Source: Vermamoeba vermiformis (lineage: Eukaryota). Taken from it: a stretch of DNA of 64,000 bases. The stretch covers positions 1 to 64,000 of the forward strand of contig JBEWZL010000073.1 of NCBI GenBank assembly GCA_045837725.1. Direction: 5' to 3'. Shown here one piece after another: positions 37,921-50,845 of the stretch (position 1 is its first letter; each line of letters begins with the position of its first letter). The notes beneath the pieces were generated by a model. The model did not search any database. It saw nothing but the letters and a program-made list of their open reading frames with translations, and had not been told where the DNA came from. The position numbers and the translations under genes were made by a program.

Positions 37921-39807
37921 CTACCTGAAGGAACTTGCCATCAACCACTCAAGTTTCTTCTTCACTTTATCAAGAGAAACCCTTTCAAAAGGCCTTTGTT
38001 TTGTCTAGTAAAATACATTACTAATAGGATGAAAAAAGCAGCTTGGTTACCATAGCTTCAATCAGCACAAGTAAGTCTACAGATAATTGCCCCCAATGCA
38101 AGGCAAAATATTCAATTACTTTGCCTGCACTGTACACATCTGATGCAATAGTAGGGTTATATTCTGGAGGTGAGAAGGGCTCATCTCCTGGAAGCAAATT
38201 GACCCCAGGATGGTGATTAATGAGGCCTGATGCACCAAATCCAACCAACTGAATAAACATTAGCAATAATCAATAGAATAGTTGAAAAACTTACAATAAG
38301 TTCATCCTCCTTATTCCACAGAATGTTTGAAGGAGCCACATCACCATGACGGAGCCCTAATGAATGCATAGTTTGAATAGCAGAGATCAACTGCAGAGCT
38401 GTAGATATGATGTCTTTCTTCTGTGGCTCCTTGTTGTATACAGGCCAAGCCATAGCCACTGCTGCTCTATTCATAACAGACATTGAGTCTGCATACAGAA
38501 ACATTGTGAAGTCAAGCAACAATGGGAAGTGAGGCTTGCCATTCAGCAACTGGGCAATGAAGAACTCAAACCAGAGGAGCATGGGACCCAATGATTTCCA
38601 AGGCTCCTGCATCTCTCCACCCACCAACAGCTTGCCAAACACTGGCTGTCCTTCAAAGTCACCATAGCCAATGAACTTTGATGGTGAAGATGCAGCCCAA
38701 ACTAGGTTGTGGGCCTTACAAAATGACACTGGCAAATCCATTGCAGGCTTGCCAAGTAAATGCTCATGTACATAGCAATCTAAATGGTAGCCCAATTCAG
38801 CATCTCGGTGGCAGCTCAGAAGTGCACTAATAACTTGTGAAAATGCTGCAGGCACAAGTGTTTGTGATTACCTGAAGTCAAAACACAAAACAGGAGCTTC
38901 AATGCAAACAGCAGAGGGATCTTTTAAATACATAAATGCTGTCTTAGCTGAGACTCTCATGCCAGGGTCCTTATTGCACTAGAGAAGCATTAGAATCAGA
39001 GTTGAAAGTGGATTTTAAGTTAGTACCAAGACATCAATGAGCTTGTCAACAACAGGATCAGCTCCACAGAGTTTAGACCATTCCTTCAAGACCAATCCTG
39101 CACACAGCATATCATGGGCTGGCTCATACATTTCTTTGTGGGGCCATGACCCCCACATGGGCAAATCTCCGTGAAATCGGCAGGCACTCCAGTCAACAAG
39201 CTGATTGATATGTTACTTATGTTTAATAAACGAAGGACTTACTTTAATTTGATCACGCTTGCCAATGAATATTTGGCGCTCTTAGAGACCCATGCATTAC
39301 TCCTGCCTCATGAAACCCAGCTAATGCTCTGAAAAGCTGCGAAGCCAACTCAAGAATTGGCATGTTGGGTGGCAGCTTGCGTGAGTAGTGTCTGACTTGG
39401 TAAATCCATGTTGAGTCATAGGTAGGGCGATAGCCAAGAATTTCAGTGACCCCAAAGCATCCATACATTTCCAGCAGAAAGAACATTTCCTTAGATCGCC
39501 TATCTATTAATTTCATAATTAATGTAGTCTCAAAGCTAATGTTTTTAGTGCTTGGAATTTCATGCACATTAAACTCACCTGAACGGAATATGGCACGGTC
39601 TTGATCTGCTTTGCCCATACAATCACTTGAGTGGTAAGGAAGCTCTGCAACATCTTCTTCTTTTAATTCTGGCATTTTGAATTGTGCGTACGCTCCTTCT
39701 TTAAAAGCTTGATCTAAGTAGTAGTGAGCAAGGCCCTCAACTTTGCCATAGAACTTTGCAGACGACGGAAGGTACGAAAATAATAATCCTTTCGCTCGTG
39801 AATTCAT
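37921..39807 (-). CDS. Tandem two-domain kinase-like (likely pseudokinase) protein
   Basis: Domain 1 has MHGSLRAPN and VDWS; domain 2 has RHGDVAPSN and VGFG. They join in frame through a 45-nt intron near 38825-38870. Confidence 0.7.
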
Positions 39808-39916
39808 TTGAATAAATCCAAGAAGATATCTTGTTATGAAGGCAATTGTGTACCTTTGATGGTTGAATTCGCAATAATAAACAGCGGCACAAAACGCATT
39901 TTTGCAAAAATAAGTT

Positions 39917-42900
39917 TTATTTCTGCGCAGAAAAAGAAACAACGCTTGTATCTTTGGTCGGTACCATGGGGAAGTAGAGCCACAGCGCGGAACGGAATCG
40001 TTTTTTGTATTGCTTGGGTGAGATGATCGTTGGTACTTTGTTGCCTTCGCCTAAGAAACCAGTTCGCTTGACCCAAGTTTCGAGCTGCTTGTCCCATGTA
40101 TAACGCCGCATATAATCTATTTGTATGTTTAATCAGTCTCAAAGTGAGTATTAAAGTTAATATTTGTCGCGTACCAATGATGCCAACAACGAGTTCATTC
40201 TTCTCTTCGTCAACACCAACGAGAAGCGAATAATCCATAACGTTCAAAGAAGAAAGAAACAGTGTATCATTCCATATAGTCATGCCTAGTGTCGCCTTGG
40301 ACTCTTCACGGACGCAGATCGGATTTGAGTAAATGGCTAAAAAGTTGTTAATCGCTGTCGAATGGAGTCAACAATACGTACTTTCAAGCAGATTCTCGTC
40401 CAATAATACCACCGGCCCTTCAGCCTTCTCTTCCTCAACATTGACGTAGCGACTTCGAAGCGATCCTTTCAGATCGTAAATCTGGAAGCAAAATGAATAC
40501 AATTCGATGACTTGCTAACAATGTTCATACCTTAGATATATTGCGCTTATAGAAAAGATTTTCCATCACCAAAAAGTCTTGTTTGAGAGATTTGTTGCCG
40601 CGCTTGTAGATCACCGAGTAGACACCAACAATCTTCGCCAGAGCAGTCGGTACTTGTTGGAAATATACCTTTGATAGGTAATCAAAGTATTGAGGCGCAA
40701 ATTGAAGGAATGACTCGAGTTCCACCGCTGCAATTCCCTTCAAGATCCAGCGATCGTCCAGCGTTTTTGAGAACCATGAACGCGATTTGCCTCCCTTAGC
40801 GTCCCATATCTTGCTACGCGACATGGAATTGATGAACTGACTCTCATCGATGCCAATCAGACGTCGCAGCCATTCAAAATGTTGCGCAAAGTAGACCGTT
40901 GTTTGTAACTTGACTTTGATAGTCTGGCCTGCTCGGTAATCTTGCTTGAAATCTAAACACGGACGTTATATAAATTGTCACTGATACGGAAAATAATACG
41001 TACTGCAGTCAACAGTTGAATTAAACGAGGTCGTCAGTCCCTTCAAGATCTCCTCGCGTTCTTTGTTCGGATCTTCAGGTACTGCTGTTGCGCCTTCCTT
41101 TCCAGTATTCAGCTTGGTGGTATCATTAGCAGCACTCGCAGCGTCCTTTGAAGCACCATTCTCGCTGCTCGGATCGACATTATTGACATTGGTATTGTTA
41201 GAACTCGTGGGCAGATGTCCAGAAGCAGCACCGCTAGGCTCTTTGTTGAGCTCTTTAGCTGTGAGATCACTCACTGATTGGCGGTACTGAGGGGACATCA
41301 ATGTGTACGCGATGAATGAACTGATCTCTGTCTCATAGATTGGCAGCACAATGTTGTCAATGCACGGAGGCAAGAAGTAATGTACTGTCACGTCTTCAAG
41401 CACCGTGCTGGAGAATTGAGTTAATTCAATGCTAATAATACTAAACAGCGGTACTTACAAGGTCTTTTTGTCCGCAGCAAAAATATTCGAAATTGTGTCC
41501 AGGAATCGTTTGCCGACAGGACCTTTTTCATCGGCTTTGGTTATCGAATTATTGGACAGTGCTAGCTGCGCTGTATTGGCATCAGTGGTCGGTGAGTTTT
41601 GAGCAAGAGCGGAATTTCCCAAAGCAGATCCGACAGTAGCCAATGTGGCAGCATTGCTGTTAGGTGTTGCGGTGTCTGTTGGCTGCTCGAGTGTCACTGC
41701 TGGAACAGGCACTGGCTCGCTGTTGACATGTGCACTGACTGGCTGAGCAGTTGGCGGTGAGCCTTCGATCTCTTCTTGAATGACATTGGTGCTCGACTTG
41801 AAGTGAATCAGATCACGCACTATGCCACCAGGCATCGATGTGCTGCGACGATGATGTTTGCGTGAAGGGAGGTGCAATTGTCTGTCAAAGTTCAAGTCGT
41901 GAACTTCCTTCGAGACCGGTGCTTGAGAGAGCTGTTGACTGACGGCCAATGAAGGCTCGTGCGTGGATTTGTCGCTCTTGATCGTGTCACTGGTGCTCAG
42001 CGAATGATGCAAGCCACTCAAGGGCGGTGTGACTGCTTCTTTGGGTGCTGGCTGTGGACTGGTCTGGCCCGCTTCTTTCTTCACCGCTGGCTTCATGAGT
42101 GGTCGCATTAACTTGCGCTGAATTTTGCCCTCCATCTCCGTCAACGTGGATTGCCAAGTGACAGTGTGACTCAACAATACCCTGGCAATAAAAAGTTAGT
42201 ATTTTATCCTACACTAACGAATGTATTTAGCTCTTACTTCTTGCAGGCATTGACATCGTACAGATCACGTGCATTGCTCTTGTTACTCAGCTCGTCAATT
42301 CGTTCAGCAAACATGCCACTCTCGCGCGCACTCATCTCCCACAATTGATCGATTTCTTCAGCTGCTTCGTGTTGGTCTGCTGGCTCGATCAACTTGCTCG
42401 CTGACTCCTTTAATTGCGCTAACTTGATACCAATTTCTTCGTATGTCTAAAGCAGAATTAGCATCGTATTATTAACTTTGACATTGACTTACAATCATGA
42501 TCTCGCGCTGTACACTGGCTATTTCTTTAGTTCTGAGTGAAGCCAAGCACTCGTCAGCACAGGCCATTGGCTTGAGTGACGGAACAACAACATCCATCAA
42601 CGTGATGGACTCGTACTCGAATATGACCATAATGTCGTTGTAATAGAAGTACTTCATGTAGTCGCGCCAAACTGAGCTCTTGCAAGCGGCACATTTCGGC
42701 GATTCTCCGTAAAAGGTATTTTCGAGGTATTTTCCGAACGAATAACGCCAACTGTCCTCTGCTAGTGGCACCACTTGATGCGAGCTCAATTTGCACACTT
42801 TGCACTGTTGCCACACGTAGATCTGATCGTTCAACATGTTGATGTCGCGCAGTGGTGATTTGTCGAGCACGCGCCAATTCTTGACTGAAATGTTCAATCG

Positions 42901-45900
42901 GCCTTTGTAATGGAAGAAACTTCGTTCGTGATCGAGCATATCTCTGTTGCAATCTCGCGCTCGACACGTCAACTTGGTGTTGAAACAGTAGTACTCTAAG
43001 AACTGGCCTAAGGTCAAGTCGTTCTATTAAAGATGTTTAGTAGATATTTCCTAATTAGGATATAACAGGGCTTACCGATGAATAGTAATCGATGTAATGC
43101 AGCTCTTGCGGAATGCAGTTGGACGAAGTCTTGTGACAGAAGAGCGAGTGCAAGTACAAGATGTATTGCGTCGAGTCAATGCGCCGTTCACTCAACGGAG
43201 GCAAGTTGTACTGCTGTTCAATTGCAGCCAGCACGCATCGATAGTTGAACTCAATGCCAAACGGATTTCTTCTTGAAATGGTGCGCACTTCGCTCGTTGC
43301 AACAGGCGCGGCAGTACTTGCAGCATCAGCACGCGGGGTCTTGGTCTTGTTCTTGTCGCTCGTGCTGTTGTAATAGTCGCGATAAGAAGTGTCGGTCAGG
43401 GACTCGTCGTCTTTGGTGTAAATTGGCTCGTACGACGTGTACGAACTGTTGTAGTCATTGCTGAGCATAATGTTGTTGATAATGTTGTTAATGAGATGTG
43501 ATTGCGAGCACGTGTACAGATTGGGCTCGGTAGGTCTGCGTCGTAAAATCGGATAGACAGCTGGCACGGCAGGACCAGTGGCATTGGGGTCTTTGGCTTG
43601 TTTCGGTACTTGATGCACAAACTTGACATTTGGCGACGTTGAGAGACATCTGTCTTCAATGTATTTGACTTCGGGCGTTGTTTTCTTCTCGCCCTGGTCA
43701 GTAGCAGAACTTTCAGTCGAAGGACTGGTCTCGTCAATGTACGTGTCTGCGATGAGTTTGAGCTCCAAGTTCATGTCGTAGACCGCGTAACAAACAAAGT
43801 GCAACACTTTTTTGACCTTGGACAAAATCTCGTTGCGATCTCCGCGCAGTACTAAAGTGCAGAACAAATCACGTGGACAAGATTCGATGTATGTGCAGGG
43901 CTTGATAGTGCCATCGGGCAATTTGTAAGCTTCAATATGAAATCTCCCACACGTGCCCATTTGAGCCATGCCAACATGTTCTGTAATCAGCCATTAGTTA
44001 TGCAAGTAAAGGTTTCGTGATTGTTACCTGTTGAGGCCAATAAATCTCCGCGGGTGATTCGAGCAATAATGTGCATCAAATTAGGCTTGAGATTGAGTTC
44101 CAAACAGACATTCTCTTCCAACATAAAATCTTGTGCTAAACGCGACACATTTTTGGCAACGAAAACAATGTCTGGACGAACACTCGCGACTTTGTGCACC
44201 AATATGCGCAGATATTCTTTCTCCTAGTAAAATAAAGGTAAATATTATCGTAAAGACGAATATTATCGCTCTTTTCACCTGTGCTAACAGCGAGTCAAAG
44301 GACGACAGCCGCGCATTTCTTTCGTACTCGAGGGCGCAATTGAGCAACAAGATCTTTGGTTCAGTGAACTCTGATTTCATTCGCTTGTTGGTCCTGTTTT
44401 TGGTGAACACCACGCCGTCAACTGACTGGCAATCGGACTGTTGGCCACCTTCAATCTTTTTAATCTGTTACATTGAATGTTAATGCCTCGTTTGTAAAAA
44501 ATAGGGAGTCTTTAATAACGTACTTTAATGTATCGTCTTATATCAATAGCGTCGCCATCTCTGACATGTGGCTTGACACTGCTGCATGCGGATCTGGCCA
44601 AGTGAATGATAACATCTAACAATTAAGTGAGTACGTCATTAGCAACTATAATATTATACGACTTACTTATCCACGATGAATCTAGCCCTTCACGCTCGAC
44701 GAGTTCTCTTGTCAGCCGCAACAAATGAAGGTCGAATTCTTTTTCTAATTTGTGATAGAACTTCTGTACAATGAGCTCTGGAAAAAATGTCATTTGTTAT
44801 TCGTCATGGTGCAATGAATATTTATAGTGACGTACTTTCGTGGTGCTCTTCAGTGGTATCGATGGTCCCCGCAGCAGATCCATCGCTCGGATTGAACATG
44901 GTTTTGAATGCTTGCACCATGTCATCGAGATCAATGCGCGCACGTGACATGCGATTGCGATACTTGATGGTCTTATCAATGCGTGGCGTGCTGGCCTTTT
45001 TTGATAAAAATTGATCAACAGTCCTGACATCGACGTGACCACCGAGCTGATGAAGGTACGGCACTTCACTCGGCGGTGATAACATCGAATCGAAGATCGG
45101 CGAGGACTTGTCAAAGTAATGGCCTGTCGATGCCCCTAATGATCCAAAGCCGCTCTCAGGCGAAGACATGTACAATCGATCCTCGCCCGTCAAATGATCG
45201 TGCATCATGCGCGGATCATTGCGCACATGCGTGAAGTTGACGTCATCAGGACTCGTGCCCAACGTCAAGTCATCGCGCACTGGAACGATGGGTGCTGGTG
45301 AGGCTGAAAAGAAGTGTCAAGATCTGCTTTTGAAAGAAAATAAGGACTTACATGGCACTGCGTCTTGATCGGGCAATAAATGATAGCCACTGAAAGCTAT
45401 TCTTGTGTAGGTACGAGACAAGAGTTCCTCCTCTATAAGCCACAATTAGCCTCAAATAATTGTACAATAATATCTGGACGTACCTTGTGGATCGGCCAAG
45501 TCATCGATCAACGCATTGTTATTATTAATATTATTGATATTTGTCGAGCCGTTATCTCTCGGTGAGTTCAACGGGTCATTAATTCGACGGAAATTATCGC
45601 CAGAACTAGCCATGCTTGGTGTGGTAGCCAGCGGAGTCTTCGGCTTGACTTCCTCGCACAGATTTGGATTTTGCAAGATGTTGAAACAGAAATTACACAC
45701 GCGCACTGCATTCTTATTGTAGCCCAATAACTCGCCAGGCACGTTGTTTTCAGTGCATTTGTGGCAAAAGATTTGTCCGCACAACTGGAACGAGATTAAT
45801 ATGGATTAATTAAACGAAATATTTCTAGTACTTACTCTGCAGTGATGTTTGCGAACTAATACGCCGAATGGCACTTGACAGTTGTAACAATTCGTCACAC

Positions 45901-46617
45901 TTTCATCGCGCATCCAAAATTCCTAAAAGAAACACGTGTCAATAAAAATATATCAATGAGTCGTCTTACTTTTTGGTTCTTATCATTGCGCCGCATTCTG
46001 AGCTTGTCCAACATTCCAATTTCACCGCTCGACAAACCACTCGGCTTATTCTGCACTCGTCTCTCAACACTCTTAATGTTTCGGTTGATGCGCGGCACTT
46101 GTGGAATTTCTTTGTTTGGAGTGTGTTGCACAGGTACTGTTGTCGAGCGTACTGGCTGAGGTGCATTGGCACTGCTATGATTAGCAGGTATATTTCGCGT
46201 CCTATTGTCATTTTGCGCTGTCAAAGTCGGGCCTACTAAGATTGCGTTGTTTGTCTTGGCTTGAGCTAGTGACCGCGGTGATATTGGTTCAGTAGGTGTT
46301 TGCGTAGTGTTTGGATTGGTATGAGCAGCAGTCGTATTTAACGGAGGACTAGTGGGCTTTGGGGCAGAATTGTTGGATGGCACGGGTTCTTCTTTGGTTC
46401 CAAATAATCTAAGAATATTTTTATTATAACTAATATGCCATGTATGTGATTGTAAATAATTATTAAATTAACTGCTTGTATTATTGAAATTCTGAAATAA
46501 TTTCGATTGAATTGAAATTTGAAAAGCTCAAGCCTTCAAAACGATAAGTTACCTCGCAAAAAATCCTTTCTTTTCTACAGCTGGTGAAGGAGGTTCAAAT
46601 TGCACAAAGTTATTCAT
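39917..46617 (-). CDS. PIKFYVE: 1-phosphatidylinositol-3-phosphate 5-kinase (FYVE, CCT-like, PIPK domains)
   Basis: FYVE motifs RKHHCR, CGQIFC and RVCNFC; CCT-like [26 protein letters not shown] and [12 protein letters not shown]. Confidence 0.95.
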
Positions 46618-47269
46618 TTTTAATTAATTTTCAGATCTGAAATAAATAAGCGATCTGTTTAACGTGTACGTTCTATTTACAAGTTGGTAGTGAATTATTA
46701 ATTCAATGTCATCCTTTGCTGTTAGCCGAGCTTGGCTGGTTGTTAAAATTGCACTCTGGAAAATTCAGCAGCATTTTTCTGATCGAGCACAATAAATTCA
46801 GCAGATCCAAAAGATTCTGTTACGTAAAGAAACCGAACTATCATATTTTACACATTAATGGATAACATATTCCCGATGTGACAGCTGCAGCCGCTCAAAC
46901 GAAAAGAAAACAATTGAATTTGGGATATCAAATTAAATTTAGAACAATCAGCGAGCGAAAATCCGAGTCATATTCGATAAGGATAGACTACCCACGAGTA
47001 ATTATAATTTATGGAACAGTGCTGATACCAAAGGTCATTAAACGCAAGGTAGAACGCTTGGATTTGGATTTGTCTCCTTTTCGACCAACGAACAGGGCTA
47101 CGTTGCAAAGAAGGCGATAGAAACTGTGGATAATATAAGGTGTTCAACGGCCATACTCTGAGGGTCTCTATTTGTATTTAACGAAATTAAATAATTCTTG
47201 TGAATTCTGGCAAACAACGAAAACCGAGTTCCCTTACGAAACGACAACGCGAAACAATAAATTTGAATG

Positions 47270-50200
47270 CATGACTGAAATGTCGGAAGTAGCACCACAA
47301 GAGTTCTTCGCTCTGGAAGACTCGCTCGCGGGGCATGAAGCCCTGCCGACATTATTTGACTCAGCGATCGCTGATGAGCCCAAAACAATTCAAGCGGATG
47401 CGCCTGAACCTGAACCAGCGGCAAGAATAGACGACGGATTGTCCGACGATGAAGATGAGCCACGTCTATTAACTAGAGCGCAGAAAAAATCGGGCAAAGC
47501 AAGGATTGCGAGAGCCGATTCGAGGGCCGATGAGAATTATTCACCGCGCGGCCCGTCCTCAAAAGGCGGCAAAAAAAAGAGCTTCGGCAAGAAAGGCTCG
47601 AAGAACCTGCCAAAGGTAATATAAAAGAGTTATTCAATTTGCAGATCTGATCTATTCCGTCTTTTTTCGTAATCAAGCGATTAAATTTTATTTAGGTAAA
47701 TTTGAATATGATTTAATTCGTGCGCTATATTTAATATGCTATTAAATTTAAATTTCATTATTTCTCTTTATCGAAATTGGATCCCAACTGACAGACAAGT
47801 CAGTATAATTTTATAAATATTACATTTGCGCGAAATGCAATAATAACGCTCCATATTCAACAGCCCGTTATAGTCCGCAAACCAGTTCCCACAATCATCC
47901 CGGTCAAAGAAGTTCCTTTTTTGTACGACAGAATTCTGGCAGCCTTGCCACAGGTCGATAAGGTTAGTTTTATTGCAAATTGATTTTACATTGTACTGAT
48001 ATGCTATCGTAGCTATATTACGACTCCTACGCTATTCAGAATTTAACGATCTGCTCCATCCTCGAAGTAGAAAAATACGCGCATGAAGGTACGAAATAGA
48101 CCACCAAAGACAACATTGTGAAATTCTATATTGTGTTCATAATCCTTTCCATCCACTAGTTCATTTTTCCTAAATAGGTGTAATTTAATTTAACTAACGA
48201 AAAAAATAGCTGATCCAGAAAAAGCGCTGTTCGAGGACCTCGTTAAGACGGTACTAGAGGACTCTTCTAATAAGTATAAGGTCCGTATTTAATATTTACA
48301 ACCGAAATCATGTGCACCTAGCAAAAAACTTAAATTTTCCTTATTTAGTTAACTGCCCGACAAAAGAACGGCCGCGTTGACGGTAAGCGACAATATACAT
48401 TATATATATCATCGATCATGTAGTAATACTCAATACAGCGAGCTGGACGAAAACGGATATTGGACGAGATCCCATGGAAGTACTGTCGCGCTACAATGAA
48501 CTAATGTCTGGCGATGAAGAAAAAGCCAAACGAAGTTATCGCGCGCATAATCCTGAGCGCAAAGACTGGACCGCTGCTGATCTTAAGAGGCAAGGCGATT
48601 GTTATTAGACACGTCTAAATGTTTAAAGGCTAACTGACTGCTCGTAGATTCCGCGAAGCTTTTCTCAAATACGGAGCAGGTCCGACGAGCAACAAAAAGA
48701 TCGCGCAATTCATGGGCATTCATCCTAATCAAATCGCGTATATTAAGCAACGAATCAGACGCCTAGCCCGCCAACGCGAAATTGAAACTGAATTTGATCG
48801 TGCAGCCTTTGAGATGGTGAAAGACATGAAAGTAAGTGTAGCTATCATTATTACAATATAAGCACTGTGTCTCAACCATCCATTGCAGAGTGTTCCTGAC
48901 AAAGTGCTGTTCAAACACTTGCGCGACAAGCTCATTCGCGAAGACGAAGAAGACAAGGCCAACAAAGCTGCAGCGCGCAAGGCAAAGAAGAATGCCATAT
49001 CCTCGCTGAACAATGAAGCAGAGGACCAACAAGATGAAGACGGGACTACCAACTTGGGTGCTGAGAGCGAAATTTCAGCGAGAGACAATGCTGAAGACCC
49101 TGCTGCTGCCTCGGCAGAGAATGAAACACCAGCGAACAATACCTCGCCAGAGCAGACTAACGGTCATGGTGCAGCTGAGGGGGCCAATGAGGAAGCACTG
49201 CAAGAGACGCCAACAAAACCTCTGGCCTCTCCTGAGCCAGCAGAGATCAGTCCGACCTCGAGGCAGCGCAAGAGAACCAAGCCGCAGTCGAGTGAAAAAC
49301 AACCCAAGCGAAGGAAGACAGAACACACGCCACCAAAGAGTGCCAGTGCACCGGCCACAGAAGTGTTCAACAGTCCAGTCGGCAATGCTGACACAACGCC
49401 CTCACCGCTGCCAAGCCCGACAATGGACGGTGCGAAAAACAAACCGTTGACTGAACGAGAACAGCGACTATTGAAACGAAAACAATCGTTGGGCAAAAAA
49501 GACGACGAGACTAATGGTAGTGAAGAACCCGCGCTGCTTCTGCCTGCACGCAAGAAGAGGAAGAGTGGCGGAGACACCGCCAAACTAGCAGAAAAGACTG
49601 CTGAAGTGTCAAAGTCCTCCAAGTCAGGCGACGAAGAGCCCATCATTGCGGACACAACGCTGTCTCAAGCACCTGAACCCATCAGCTCGACTGACACTAA
49701 TGGCCCGCGATCCCCAAGTGAACCAGCGACACCGAGGGAAGTCCCTGAGGTCAGGACTGTGCAAGCCAAGGAATCAACCAAACCACCGCGCGATTATTCC
49801 ACGACAGTTGTTCCCGCGCAGTACATGTCTGTGATGACTGTCCAACCGACACCAGCACGCGCTGCCTCACCTCCTCGCGCAGCACGAGCTCCACACAATG
49901 ACAACAACAATGAGGGTCCTGCGCTCATGTCGCGCTACGCAACACCACACCCACAGTCGACCAATTCGCTGAGCAGCAGCCCATCGTTGCCTTCAAGCAC
50001 GCCCTCGCCGTACGCAACACCGATGCTCCCGAGTCAATCTTCCATGCACTCAATACGCTCTACGAGTCCATTGCTCGAGAACATGGGCAGCATTCCGATG
50101 TTGTTGAGCGACACAGCTGCAAGCTCGATGAAAACTAACTCTCGGTGGATACCTGAACCAATGACTGCTAGTAATTCAATGCAGTTCAATTACAGCTCAA

Positions 50201-50763
50201 CACCAGTCTATCCACCACGCAGTGCTTCGAATGGCTATCCCACCACCACAACCCCGCAACTGTTGTCAATCCCACCACAAGCACCCCCGCGCTCTAACCC
50301 CACACCTGCCAATAGGAGCCTTCCAATTGTACCACAACGAAATGTGTCACCACAAAACATCCCTCTGGGCACACCTCTGACGTCATTCTCAATGAGCTCC
50401 TATACGAATTATCCTCAACCAACACCCAATTACTTGCCTTCAATGTCATTCACACCACAAAACACGCAAGTTAACTACAGCCAATACGGTGCTGTACCGA
50501 ACACCTATCCCTCGATGCAGCCAGCAAAACAATCGCAATACCCGATGATGGCCTCCCCGCGCGACTTTGAAGCTGCGTTCACGCCGTTTTTGATTAATTC
50601 TCCGGACTTCTCGGCGTTGAATGCCAGCCAAGCGTCGCAACAATTCACTGGACCCTACCCGATGTTAGGTTACAATCAGCAACCACAACAGCGCCAATAT
50701 GATGTATCAAAAGCCCCAAAACCCACCACGTTTGTGCCTTATGTAAATAACAATGCGAAATAA
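47270..50763 (+). CDS. Myb/SANT-domain protein with long P/S/Q-rich tail
   Basis: WTAADLKRFREAFLKYG...KIAQFMG, followed by a 626-aa low-complexity last exon. Confidence 0.75.
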
Positions 50764-50845
50764 TGTAATAATAAACAATATGAGATACTGCTATTACGTG
50801 CGTCCTTTATGAATCAAAGCTGTTGGACTAAGTTTCAATGTCGAC

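Larger units (their letters stand above)
13900..39300. other. CpG-depleted, gene-dense island containing meiotic genes
   Basis: Hand count: 0 CpG in 38401-38700 versus about 23 in 42601-42900. CpG is scarce across the interval except in the tRNAs. Edges are approximate and gradual. Confidence 0.85.

Noticed and set aside
13900-39300. Endogenous giant virus or transposon as the island's identity
   Set aside because: Genes have dense spliceosomal introns and eukaryotic meiotic identity. I saw no capsid, polymerase, transposase or terminal repeats.
39834-39942. Overlap of the kinase-like ORF with the PIKfyve 3' end
   Set aside because: The ORF track uses an alternative start; the ATG at 39807 removes the overlap.
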